36,426 bases of DNA from a virus. Lineage: Duplodnaviria > Caudoviricetes. The notes under the pieces are model-generated. The model worked only from the letters and a program-made list of their open reading frames with translations. It was not told where the DNA came from and made no database searches. Positions 18,055 to 26,583 of this stretch are shown here, piece after piece. Numbering within the stretch: position 1 is the stretch's first letter; each line of letters begins with the position of its first letter. The position numbers were made by a program, and so were the translations under genes. The stretch covers positions 1-36,426 of the IMG/VR virus record IMGVR_UViG_3300048861_000249, one strand, 5' to 3'.

Positions 18055-19700
18055 TTGGCGTCCTCCGGTTTCTCTTTGTCGCTGCCAGTGTCTTCGGGCT
18101 TGTCCGGCGCGTTAGGATCCGGCACCAACTCACTAGCAGTCGCGTTCAGAATTGCTGGTTCTAGACCACCGGCCACACGCGCCTGATGCTCCTTCACGCG
18201 CTGAGGATGGAGATCATCCCAGTTCTGCCCGGTAAGCTCCATGGTTTCCTTCTTCAGCGTGGATAGGCCTGCCTCAATTCGTGTGACCGCAGCAATCGCT
18301 TCCTTCTGCGGATCAATTTGGCCAGGCGCATCGCCAACCCACTCAGCGCGGAGGTAGGCACGACGTCGTAACGGATCAGTGAAATAGCCCGGCGCGTCGA
18401 TTCGGCCGATCGCTACAGCCTCATCCATCCACGCTTCGAAGACAGGCTGGCAGAAGCGTGCGGCGACGAATGCCCGGCGGTTTTTATAGAACTTCCACGC
18501 CTCGAGCATGGCGGCCCGGGCCGCAGAGTAGGAGGCGGTAAAGTGTTTGATCAGAATCTCGAATGGAAGCTCGAGAGCAACGCCGATCTGCCGAAGAATG
18601 CTCGTCACGAACGGATCGAATCCGGCATTCGGGCGCATCGCGTTCGGGAACTGCACTTCCTCATTGGGATTAAGCACGTTGATCATGCCGGGCCCGAGTT
18701 CCATGTCAGGCGCCTTGCCAGGAGGTGCGGGGGCCGCGGGTCCCGCGAGATCGCCGGTCTCAGTCTTGATGAAGACCGTATAAAAGGAGGTCAGGACCGC
18801 TGCCATGATCTCGGCTTCGGTGTACCGATCGAGCTGCTTGAGAAGCTCCATCACCGGAGCAAGGTAAGGCACCCCACGGTTTTGATCTGGACGAAGGCGG
18901 TCGAAGACGTGAAGCACGTTCCGACGGCCAGTCTTCTTCCCAAACGCCTCAATCCGGTCATACTTACCTGCGATGGCTCCATAGCCGCTGAAATCCAACG
19001 AGCCCGGATGACGTTGGAGGATGTGATAGGCGATCGGAGCGCCAGAGCCGTCAACTTCGACACCACCCCAGATCTTGTTCTGAATGCCTGAATCTTTAGC
19101 AATCTGCCCGTCTCCGTTCGGGGAGTGAATCCGGTCCGCTTCAATAATTTGGAAGCAGGTCTTGTAGATGCCAAAGGCCAACGGACGCATCGGAAGCAAC
19201 GCGAAGACATCGCCGCTTTCCAGCATCGAGCGAACGACGAGCCGTTGCGCTTCGTAGAAATTCTGGGTGCGCGTTATGTCGCAATCAGGCGCGTCTGCCC
19301 ACATCTCGAACTCGTGGCCCACCGTGCGCGACCAGTCGTGCGCCTGATCTTCCGTCCATCCGAGAATGTCGATGTCGGGAGTAGGCTGAAGGGCGAGGCC
19401 CGTACCGACGGCGTTCTGTACGACGGTGTTGATAGCACCAGTCGCGATAGGGGCATTGCGGACCAGGTCCCGCGATCGAGGACGCAAGGTAACAATGTCC
19501 GTAAGCGTGTCAGCATCCGCCGAACCGCGGCTCGCGAACCAATCTCGCGTCTGCCGACGGTCGTACCGCGCTCCAACATAGGCACCCGAGAGGGCGAGCA
19601 TCGTGCGGGCACGTTGACGGCGCTGCCCAGATTCCGGGCTGACGAAGGTGATAACCTTGTCGAGAATGTTGGGCTGAACGGCGGGGAGGGCTTTAGCCAC
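18051..19700 (-). CDS. Portal protein, lambda family
   Basis: LR.RSRDLVRN, IEADR, GVEVD..G.PIAYHI, RP.Q.RGVP.LAPV, SYSAARAAMLE and IDP.KE motifs. Confidence 0.96.
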   Translation of the reverse strand: MAKALPAVQPNILDKVITFVSPESGQRRQRARTMLALSGAYVGARYDRRQTRDWFASRGSADADTLTDIVTLRPRSRDLVRNAPIATGAINTVVQNAVGTGLALQPTPDIDILGWTEDQAHDWSRTVGHEFEMWADAPDCDITRTQNFYEAQRLVVRSMLESGDVFALLPMRPLAFGIYKTCFQIIEADRIHSPNGDGQIAKDSGIQNKIWGGVEVDGSGAPIAYHILQRHPGSLDFSGYGAIAGKYDRIEAFGKKTGRRNVLHVFDRLRPDQNRGVPYLAPVMELLKQLDRYTEAEIMAAVLTSFYTVFIKTETGDLAGPAAPAPPGKAPDMELGPGMINVLNPNEEVQFPNAMRPNAGFDPFVTSILRQIGVALELPFEILIKHFTASYSAARAAMLEAWKFYKNRRAFVAARFCQPVFEAWMDEAVAIGRIDAPGYFTDPLRRRAYLRAEWVGDAPGQIDPQKEAIAAVTRIEAGLSTLKKETMELTGQNWDDLHPQRVKEHQARVAGGLEPAILNATASELVPDPNAPDKPEDTGSDKEKPEDAK

Positions 19701-19929
19701 ACGGCACCCCGTAGTAGGTACGGAGTCCGCCGCCGCGGCTCAGGGTAGCAACCTTCTGCTCCCAGTACTTCACTTCATTCAGCAGCGATTCATGGGCACC
19801 GCGGTCGACCCGGCGGGCTCCCGACTGAGAACCCACCTGGTACGACTGCTGGAGGCGTGCGGCTGCGATTGCTTCGAGAGCGCCTGCTAGATTCGCCTGG
19901 GCCTGTTCGAGTGTGATTCCGCCTGCCAT
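19693..19929 (-). CDS. Head-tail adaptor (gpW-like)
   Basis: 78 aa with QSY.VG....R.V.R...L...V.YWE; overlaps the portal start. Confidence 0.82.
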   Translation of the reverse strand: MAGGITLEQAQANLAGALEAIAAARLQQSYQVGSQSGARRVDRGAHESLLNEVKYWEQKVATLSRGGGLRTYYGVPCG

Positions 19930-19983
19930 GTTGCAGACGGTATGAAAGAGTCATGCACCAAACAAGGTGATTTCAGGAATTAC
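19930..19983 (-). promoter_or_regulatory. Leaderless late promoter 2 with upstream regulator site
   Basis: Minus strand: GTAATTcctgaAATCAC-c-TTGTTT-17 bp-TACCGT-7 bp-ATG. 19954-19983 matches 11625-11654 at 29 of 30 positions. Confidence 0.75.
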
Positions 19984-20030
19984 GTTTTAGGGGATTTAGG
20001 TCCTCACTGGAATAACGGAAAACCTTGAAA

Positions 20031-20139
20031 GGGTCGGGGAGTAGTCTGGGACTCCCCGAGCCCAGGACACGCCAAGCTTGAGGTACTTGGCGGAGCGCTC
20101 GAAATGCGAGTGTGTAGCGCTCATCGGGAGTTAAGACTC
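20031..20139. ncRNA. Putative structured RNA element with four consecutive hairpins; family unknown
   Basis: Stems at 20031-20042/20051-20063, 20070-20076/20086-20092, 20093-20099/20116-20122 and 20128-20131/20136-20139. Confidence 0.45.
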
Positions 20140-20277
20140 ATGCAGCAAAAAGTAGTTCGCATGCCCGTTTTACAGGACGACCTAGAGTTTTCAATCGTCT
20201 AACCCACTCATTTTTCGTTTTACTTATACAGTGGCTAGCCTTAGTGATGTAAACTTATATAAGTAAATGGGGGTAAC

Positions 20278-21546
20278 GTGGTAGTTGATAGCTATGAAGT
20301 CGCACAAGCAAAGAGTAGGCTTGCAGGAACGGTATTTCAACCACGCAGTCCCATTACCAATGAAGAGTTGTTCTCGGGACGATGGAGTGAGCTAATAACA
20401 ATCTCGGATGCCGTTTATGAGCCGGGCGTTCACATCGTTCTATATGGCGAGCGCGGTGTTGGCAAAACGTCCCTTTCGAATGTCGTGAGCTCCACCGTCC
20501 GAGTCATGGATCGCCAGCGAGGAAGCCAGGATCGCCTTGTAATTAGAACCGTTGCGGAAAGCGGGGATACATTCCAAAGCATTTGGGGGAAACTTTTCGC
20601 TGAAATTACCTGGCAGGATAACAAGCCATCGATAGGTCTTCTACCTGCAGCCAAGCCTCCACTGCCGTTTCGAGAAGCGATGGGACTTCAAGGAAATCTG
20701 ACAGTAGACCTTGTTCGGCGAGCTCTTAGTGTTCTTCCGGGATCACTCTTCATTGTCGACGAATTCGATAGAACAGCAAGGGATGCTTCGAAGCAATTTA
20801 CCGATTTAATGAAGGCACTTTCCGATCTTGCTGTTAACAGCACCATTATGCTCGTTGGCGTTGCTGAAACTGTCGGCAAGCTCGTTTCAGATCATGCTTC
20901 GATCAACAGATCTTTGATCCAAATCAGGCTTGATCGAATGTCTCAAGGTGACCTGCTAAAAATTTTGACTACTGCACAACAAAAGCTCGAGATGAAATTC
21001 AACGAAGATGCAGCGAGCATGATCGTCAAGATTTCTCAGGGTCTACCGCACTACACACACTTAATTGGCTTACACGCTGTCCGAAACGCATTGCTTGAGC
21101 AATACAGTAATGTCGTGCAGCGAGACACTGTATTCTCCGCTCTCAAACTGGCGGTCAAGCAAGCTGAGCAGACGACAACAGAAAAGTATTCCAAGGCTAC
21201 ACACAGCGCGCATAAAGACGCTCTCTATCGATATGTTTTGCTTGCCAGTGCTGTTGCCGCCGCACAATCACGTGATCCTCTGGGATTCTTCAACCCAGCA
21301 GCTGTTATTGCGCCTCTCACGCGAATTCTCAATCGACCGGTACAGGTAGCAACGTTCAATAATCATCTCGGTGAATTTGCACAATCCGATGTCCGAGGTC
21401 ATATTTTAGAGCGTGATGGTGTTTCAAGGGGATTTCGATACCGTTTCAAAGACCCTATCGTTGTACCATTCATCTTCATGAACGCTTCGGCGACAGGTCT
21501 CGCCTCGGATGAAATGATTACGCAGTTACTATATGAGTCTTCCTAG
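20278..21546 (+). CDS. Orc1/Cdc6-like AAA+ ATPase with a probable C-terminal winged helix (moron)
   Basis: FSGR..EL, Walker A GERGVGKT, Walker B FIVDEFD, SQGLPHY and a terminal YRFKDP. Opposite strand to its neighbours and visibly more AT-rich. Confidence 0.85.
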   Translation: MVVDSYEVAQAKSRLAGTVFQPRSPITNEELFSGRWSELITISDAVYEPGVHIVLYGERGVGKTSLSNVVSSTVRVMDRQRGSQDRLVIRTVAESGDTFQSIWGKLFAEITWQDNKPSIGLLPAAKPPLPFREAMGLQGNLTVDLVRRALSVLPGSLFIVDEFDRTARDASKQFTDLMKALSDLAVNSTIMLVGVAETVGKLVSDHASINRSLIQIRLDRMSQGDLLKILTTAQQKLEMKFNEDAASMIVKISQGLPHYTHLIGLHAVRNALLEQYSNVVQRDTVFSALKLAVKQAEQTTTEKYSKATHSAHKDALYRYVLLASAVAAAQSRDPLGFFNPAAVIAPLTRILNRPVQVATFNNHLGEFAQSDVRGHILERDGVSRGFRYRFKDPIVVPFIFMNASATGLASDEMITQLLYESS

Positions 21547-21548
21547 TG

Positions 21549-21572
21549 GTTGATCTACATCCTTGGATCAAC
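21549..21572. terminator. Hairpin between the convergent ATPase and terminase genes
   Basis: GTTGATC...GATCAAC inverted repeat. Confidence 0.4.
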
Positions 21573-21603
21573 ATCATAACGAACCCCTCACCACATTCGC
21601 GCT

Positions 21604-23586
21604 TCACACAATGCCGCGAGAAATGACACGGCGACCAGGGCTGACAGCCAGGGTTGCCGGGTTGGCACCCTTCTGAACCTCAGCCACGATCGCTGAAAGA
21701 TCGTTGTAGGTTACAGGGTCGATGAACTTCTGGAGAATCCAGAGCCCGGCGTGCGCGTAAACCGTGAGGTCGAGTGCTTCGTTTCTTTGCTGGTTGGCAA
21801 CCCACTCGTACCGGATCCGGCCGGTCCGGCGATTCTTCACCGGCACCTTACTCTCTGCCGTCAGCTGCTCAAAGTAATCGTTTGTGGTCCACTCTGGGAA
21901 ATTTTGGTAGGCCGGGCCGGGCTTGTTGATCTTGAGGCGACTGAGGATTCGGTCCTTACAGGCATAAGTAGCCACACTGAACAGGCGCAGCGTGTTGTTC
22001 CGGACCTTGCTTTCCTGCACTAGACCGGGCTTCGTGATGCGATCTTGTCCTTTGCAGGCATAGACCCGACGAGCTGTAGTCTGCCGCGGAAGGATGAAGT
22101 CGTAGCAGGAATCGGCCGCGTATCCCGTGTCGATCAGACTGATGGACGGCCGGAGTAACGCACCGGAGCTGTGCTTCCACTGCTTGAGCAGGAAAACATC
22201 CAGCTCGCTCCAAACATTGACGAGGTCCTCTTGTCCTCTCTGATTCGGCTTGTCCAGGGGACTTCCATAAAACACCTCGTGCGCGATCAACCATTGCTGT
22301 TCCCCGATGCCGAACCCGGTTATCTGGGCTTCCAGTCGGTTCTGTTGCACGTCAACACTCGCGACCAGAACACCACAGTCATTCGGCACTTCTACATCTG
22401 GCCGATCTTCCGTACTGTATCTCGCACGACGAGCGGCGAGCGCGGAGGTTTCGACGGCCTCAGCACCTTCATCCCATGTCTCACCGAGCCGCAGATTGAT
22501 GAAGGCCCGCATCTTTTCCGGAACTTCCTGCGCCTCGTGCCACTCCTGGGCGAGCAGATGCCAGATCGGTTTCCATGGGGCATAGAGGGCGTTGATGTAG
22601 AAGCTGACGTGTGCCTTGCGCTCCGGATACTTCGCAACAGCGATCACCTGGTCGAGCATGCGCTGCTTGTGGCGCTCGGGAATCAGCTCGCGGCAATGCT
22701 TGCATCTATAGGCGACGGTTTCCGGGATCGGTGCTCCGTCCGCACCTTTGTCCCAGACCACGTTGTATTCCTTGCTCTCCGGATCCCGCCATAGCAACGG
22801 TTGGAACTCGTTACAGAATGGGCAAGGAACGTGGAACATGGTCTGATTTCCAGCTTCATACTCTTTGTCTATGCGTGAGATGCCCTTTGGCTTGGCCGGC
22901 GTAGATCCGATCAAGATCTTGGCGTCATCGAACGTGTCGGTACGGCGCTCTGCAAGCACGACCGGATCGCCTTCCCCGTCTACGTCGAGAGGGTATCCGT
23001 CAGCTTCATCGAGAAGTACGACGGCGCACGGATCCGAGCGAAGATTTGCGGCTGAGTTCGCGCCCGCGATCTTGAGAAACCCGCCGTCGAACTGTTTGAG
23101 CTGCTGCGTATTGCCACCCTCTCGAGACTTGTTTTCACGAACCTTCTCCGAAAGTGAGCGGCATTCAGCGATCATCGGAGCGACGACTTTCTTACTCTTA
23201 TCCTTCGCGTCCGAGTCGCGGACGAAGACCAACATCATGGGCTTCGGGTTTACGTCGATGAAATATCCGCAGATATTCAGCAGGATTTCCGTCCATCCCA
23301 CCTGCGTGCTCTTTTTGCAGGACACACGCAGAACATTCGGATCACAGATGGCATCCTGGATGATCTTCTGAAATTTCTCTGCGACATACAGTCCTGGCCG
23401 CGCCGTCGTCCCCTTGGGTAGAAAACGATTCGCCTCCGCCCATTCGGACACCAGCATGTCCGGGGGAGGCTCAAACATCTTCCAGATTTCAGCGTTTGCG
23501 AGTGCGAGATTTGCGGCGAGGCCTGGCGGGAGACCGCTTGACGGGGGCCTTAGTACTTGCAGGTTCATCTGAGGAGTCGTTGACAT
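21604..23586 (-). CDS. Terminase large subunit, lambda GpA family
   Basis: KSTQVGWTE, LLDEADGY, GSTP, CPFC, F.N..LGE.W, VDVQ..RLE and RNEALD motifs. Confidence 0.96.
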   Translation of the reverse strand: MSTTPQMNLQVLRPPSSGLPPGLAANLALANAEIWKMFEPPPDMLVSEWAEANRFLPKGTTARPGLYVAEKFQKIIQDAICDPNVLRVSCKKSTQVGWTEILLNICGYFIDVNPKPMMLVFVRDSDAKDKSKKVVAPMIAECRSLSEKVRENKSREGGNTQQLKQFDGGFLKIAGANSAANLRSDPCAVVLLDEADGYPLDVDGEGDPVVLAERRTDTFDDAKILIGSTPAKPKGISRIDKEYEAGNQTMFHVPCPFCNEFQPLLWRDPESKEYNVVWDKGADGAPIPETVAYRCKHCRELIPERHKQRMLDQVIAVAKYPERKAHVSFYINALYAPWKPIWHLLAQEWHEAQEVPEKMRAFINLRLGETWDEGAEAVETSALAARRARYSTEDRPDVEVPNDCGVLVASVDVQQNRLEAQITGFGIGEQQWLIAHEVFYGSPLDKPNQRGQEDLVNVWSELDVFLLKQWKHSSGALLRPSISLIDTGYAADSCYDFILPRQTTARRVYACKGQDRITKPGLVQESKVRNNTLRLFSVATYACKDRILSRLKINKPGPAYQNFPEWTTNDYFEQLTAESKVPVKNRRTGRIRYEWVANQQRNEALDLTVYAHAGLWILQKFIDPVTYNDLSAIVAEVQKGANPATLAVSPGRRVISRGIV

Positions 23587-24070
23587 GATTAGATCTCGCC
23601 AGCTCCGTCAGAGTGTCTTTTACCGCCGCCGTTAGTTGTGCTTTGATCTCGTTGCGAGACAACGCCTCGAGCTTTGGCGCGAGCCGAGACGGGAGGTTTA
23701 GGAACTTCAGCTTCACGACCTGAACTAGCTTGGCCTGTTCCGCTCTGTACACCTCCAGAGGAAGCAGAGTATTTCTTCGCTCCTCGGCGGTCATCTCCTC
23801 GTTGTCGGCTTTGGCCGCTGTAAGGCGGATCTGCTCTTTGTCGAGACTGAGAAGCGAGCCATCTTCGGTCTCGGTCTCCTTCCGCTTTACGGAGTTCCGC
23901 AACCGGCCTATGTACCACCGCATACAGGCCACCGGGTCGTAAGTTCCGCGTGCTTCTTTCGGCATTCCGTCCCGCACGAACTTGGAAACCGCCATCTCTG
24001 TCAGCGGGTCGTGTCCATCCCCGGCGAGAATTCGGCAAACTTCCTTGGCTGTAACGGTCTTGACCGGCAT
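23489..24070 (-). CDS. Terminase small subunit (Nu1-like)
   Basis: N-terminal wHTH (GMPKEARGTYD...C.RWY), coiled coil, LPSRLAP; overlaps the large subunit. Confidence 0.88.
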   Translation of the reverse strand: MPVKTVTAKEVCRILAGDGHDPLTEMAVSKFVRDGMPKEARGTYDPVACMRWYIGRLRNSVKRKETETEDGSLLSLDKEQIRLTAAKADNEEMTAEERRNTLLPLEVYRAEQAKLVQVVKLKFLNLPSRLAPKLEALSRNEIKAQLTAAVKDTLTELARSNHVNDSSDEPASTKAPVKRSPARPRRKSRTRKR

Positions 24071-24100
24071 TCCTTTTCACTTCTCTAACCTTCCGGGAAA

Positions 24101-24403
24101 CTAAACTAAACCACCAAAATTTACATGCTCGTCTGGTTTTGTGTCGGGGTTCGAATTACCCGCAACGGGTAAGCTCTGGAAGGACCCATCGTTTTCCACA
24201 TGCGGCATTTGGCACTCCATGTGTTCGGTCGGGGCTCGAGTCGGGCTCGTTGACCTCGACTGAAAGATCGCGCCGATCCTCTTCTGCGCTTGCTTGATAC
24301 GCTGCTCGTGATCACGCCGTTCGCGTTGTGCTTTGGTCATCGGCTTACCTCTACGCTTTGACTGACGTGGGTTGGCCTTCTTAACATGATTCGTGCTCAT
24401 CAT
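24101..24403 (-). CDS. Basic hypothetical protein (runs through cos; uncertain)
   Basis: GAGAGG RBS and an Arg/Lys-rich N-terminus; the 3' end overlaps cos. Confidence 0.4.
   Translation of the reverse strand: MMSTNHVKKANPRQSKRRGKPMTKAQRERRDHEQRIKQAQKRIGAIFQSRSTSPTRAPTEHMECQMPHVENDGSFQSLPVAGNSNPDTKPDEHVNFGGLV
24145..24187 (-). other. Putative cos site (cosQ + cosN)
   Basis: Minus-strand GGGTCCT (24187-24181) is identical to lambda cosQ. About 20 bp downstream lies the pseudo-symmetric GCGGGTAATTCGAACCCCG, just upstream of the small terminase gene. Confidence 0.7.
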
Positions 24404-24475
24404 CTACCTCTCAATCCACGACACCAGCATGGCTTCTGTCTAGCGAATGAGCGTCAGGCTGAGGGATGATGGCGC

Positions 24476-25222
24476 TCATGCAGCCCTCAGATATGGAGAC
24501 AGGATCAGCGCATCACGAAGCGCCTGATTGAACAGCTCCTGGAAGTTGGTCGAGTACACGACGTGTGCCGTCTCGTAGAACGGCAGCAGCTTGCTATAGT
24601 GCGGCGTGTTGACGAAGATCATGAGCGGTTTCAATCCACTCTTTGTGCGCATGTAAACGCCGAGTGGCAGATACCCACCAGCAGGCTTACCGACGAATAT
24701 ATTTCCCGCATTTTTATTGCCTCGCGCTCCCTGGCGATTGGATCTGTTCGCAAGATAGCCTGTCTCAGGGAATGACTTCAGTGCGCTGATCACCTGCACA
24801 ATTTGGCCGACGCTCATGTTTCCATAACGGTTGAACGTAGCGCCTGACCCCGGCACCCAGAACATGCCAGCAGGGAGAACACCAGCGCGACGCATGATCT
24901 TTTCGCTATTCTTCGGCTGTCGATCTCCACCAAACACCTGAGGCGCAAGATATACGCTCGGAGGTGCGCCCTTGCTGGCCCAATTCTTGAGCTCCACCTC
25001 GGCGACCAGACTATTTTTTGTCGCTGGCTTCAAATACACAGAGTTCATAGTGTAGGGCGTGGGCCGGTCAAACGATCTCTGGATCGATGCAGTGATGGCG
25101 GCTTTCACCTTCTGGCCCGTCTGGGTAAGAGCCTTAGCCGTGGCGAATGGCAGCTGAGTCTTCTCCCAGCCCTGCAGGGTCGATTCAAGCATGCTCGTAT
25201 CCATCGCCGCATTCATCTTCAT
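24476..25222 (-). CDS. Conserved phage late protein, probably gpZ/HK97-gp10-like tail completion family
   Basis: QLPFATAKALT.T...FDRPTPYT.NS...PATK..L.AEV...YL.PQV.GG.R..K. Start revised to the ATG at 25222 from promoter geometry. Confidence 0.7.
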   Translation of the reverse strand: MKMNAAMDTSMLESTLQGWEKTQLPFATAKALTQTGQKVKAAITASIQRSFDRPTPYTMNSVYLKPATKNSLVAEVELKNWASKGAPPSVYLAPQVFGGDRQPKNSEKIMRRAGVLPAGMFWVPGSGATFNRYGNMSVGQIVQVISALKSFPETGYLANRSNRQGARGNKNAGNIFVGKPAGGYLPLGVYMRTKSGLKPLMIFVNTPHYSKLLPFYETAHVVYSTNFQELFNQALRDALILSPYLRAA

Positions 25223-25277
25223 AATCAAGACCCTATTTCTTCACAACTTCCGTTTCAATCGTGATTCGGCGAATTAC
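25223..25277 (-). promoter_or_regulatory. Leaderless late promoter 3 with upstream regulator site
   Basis: Minus strand: GTAATTcgccgAATCAC-ga-TTGAAA-17 bp-TAGGGT-7 bp-ATG. Confidence 0.7.
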
Positions 25278-25604
25278 CTAAAACCTATTCCCCGTCTCGG
25301 CTGAGACAACTGTGAGGTATTGGCTCACCGGTTCTTCATCGAGCTCATTCGCAGTAATTCGCTTTCGAAGTGCAGCAACTCCCTTATCACTAATTACGTA
25401 GACAGGCGCAGGTTCTCTCCCACGCCTGATCATGCCGGCTGTGCTCAGCGCTTCTATCGTCGACGGACGGACTAGATCCATGCACTCGCCTCGGATAACG
25501 AAATAGAAACGCCCGTCATGGTCGCTAAATTGGAGCGATGCCGTGACCTGCCCCAACCGTTGAAGCATCTGCCATGCTGCTAAGGTGAGCCGCTGATTCT
25601 TCAT
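25278..25604 (-). CDS. Hypothetical protein, winged-helix-like; candidate late regulator
   Basis: TIEAL..AGMI......YVISDKG..AL resembles the helix-wing end of wHTH folds. It is the last early gene before the late operon. Confidence 0.6.
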   Translation of the reverse strand: MKNQRLTLAAWQMLQRLGQVTASLQFSDHDGRFYFVIRGECMDLVRPSTIEALSTAGMIRRGREPAPVYVISDKGVAALRKRITANELDEEPVSQYLTVVSAETGNRF

Positions 25605-25870
25605 GCAAGTTTCTTCCTCTCACCCGCACCGATTCCATGCGGAACATCGATCGGCGTCCTAATCTCCGCTGCCAAATCAAGCGTCACCAGCATGTGTGCC
25701 CGCGTATCCCGCCAGTTTGCGTTCATCCCATTCGCAGCGCATTGCAGGACCTGGGCATCCATTTGCCCGTTTTCGATCGCCGTAGCAATCATTCGGAGGC
25801 CGCCGACTACGTCCTTTCGGAGCTGCGATTCGATCTCACCTGGGTCGAAAAACCACTCCTCTATATGCAT
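25601..25870 (-). CDS. Hypothetical protein
   Basis: ATG at 25870 (MHIEEWFFD...); ATGA coupling to the next gene. Confidence 0.6.
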   Translation of the reverse strand: MHIEEWFFDPGEIESQLRKDVVGGLRMIATAIENGQMDAQVLQCAANGMNANWRDTRAHMLVTLDLAAEIRTPIDVPHGIGAGERKKLA

Positions 25871-25914
25871 CTTCGCAACCCCTTGTGGTCGAGTTTTCGT
25901 CCACAACTAGACGT

Positions 25915-25944
25915 TTGTACTTTCGCCTTTGTTTCGCCTATCCT
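25915..25944 (+). promoter_or_regulatory. Promoter with a LexA-like direct-repeat box between -35 and -10
   Basis: TTGTAC-18 bp-TATCCT. The spacer holds TTTCGCCT-ttg-TTTCGCCT (11-bp period, like GTTC-N7-GTTC boxes). Confidence 0.55.
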
Positions 25945-25953
25945 GACACTGTT

Positions 25954-26262
25954 ATGAGCATGCATCCCACTCCCCAAGCGCTTACGCGATGGCCTGATCG
26001 GCATCATCGAACCCTCATGAATTTCCAGTCCTATGCTGGTTCGTGGAGCGTCCACTTCATTGAAGCCGATTGCCGTACCCCGATCGGGAAGAAGACCAGG
26101 TACATCGACTTGCCGACCCTCGAAGATCTGCGTGCATTTGTTCAGCACTGCAACCCCGATCCCGGAGAGCTCGACGACTTCGAGCACGACGTGCGAGCCT
26201 GGGGCAGAGGTAGCATCTACGTCAACCTTTCGGATGAGCAATACGAAAAGTTGAAAGGGTAA
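25954..26262 (+). CDS. Conserved-looking hypothetical protein
   Basis: W.VHFIE.DC.TP...GRGSIYVNL..EQY.KL. Start placed 9 bp after the -10 box. Confidence 0.75.
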   Translation: MSMHPTPQALTRWPDRHHRTLMNFQSYAGSWSVHFIEADCRTPIGKKTRYIDLPTLEDLRAFVQHCNPDPGELDDFEHDVRAWGRGSIYVNLSDEQYEKLKG

Positions 26263-26271
26263 GCTTTCGCC

Positions 26272-26550
26272 ATGGCATTCACGCTGACCGCTATTCCGCA
26301 TCTGCTGCCTGAAGGCGAGCACAAGGGACATCTTGAGTACGTTCAATTTGTCGCCATGGAAGGCTCCGTCAAACATAAATGGAGTTCGGTAAATGTCGGC
26401 ACCTACGCCGAGGACTTCGCGAAGATTGTCCCAACCGATCTTGCCCGCCTCATCCTCTCGCGATTGAGGAATGGCGAGACGGTCACCTTTCCGGGCCTCT
26501 GGGATCTCGAACAGATAAAGCATCAGTTCGGCGGGAACGGCAACGACTGA
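26272..26550 (+). CDS. Hypothetical protein
   Basis: 92 aa; TAAGCT 6 bp before the ATG. Confidence 0.7.
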   Translation: MAFTLTAIPHLLPEGEHKGHLEYVQFVAMEGSVKHKWSSVNVGTYAEDFAKIVPTDLARLILSRLRNGETVTFPGLWDLEQIKHQFGGNGND

Positions 26551-26583
26551 GGTCAATGCCCTCGGTGCTACGCTGTTTCGACT

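Noticed and set aside
24153-24159. GAATTAC half of the late-promoter motif inside cos
   Set aside because: The second half-site and the promoter geometry are both missing.
25883-25906. TTGTGG...CCACAA as a fourth operator
   Set aside because: The half-sites are in reversed order with a 12-bp spacer; more likely a small hairpin.
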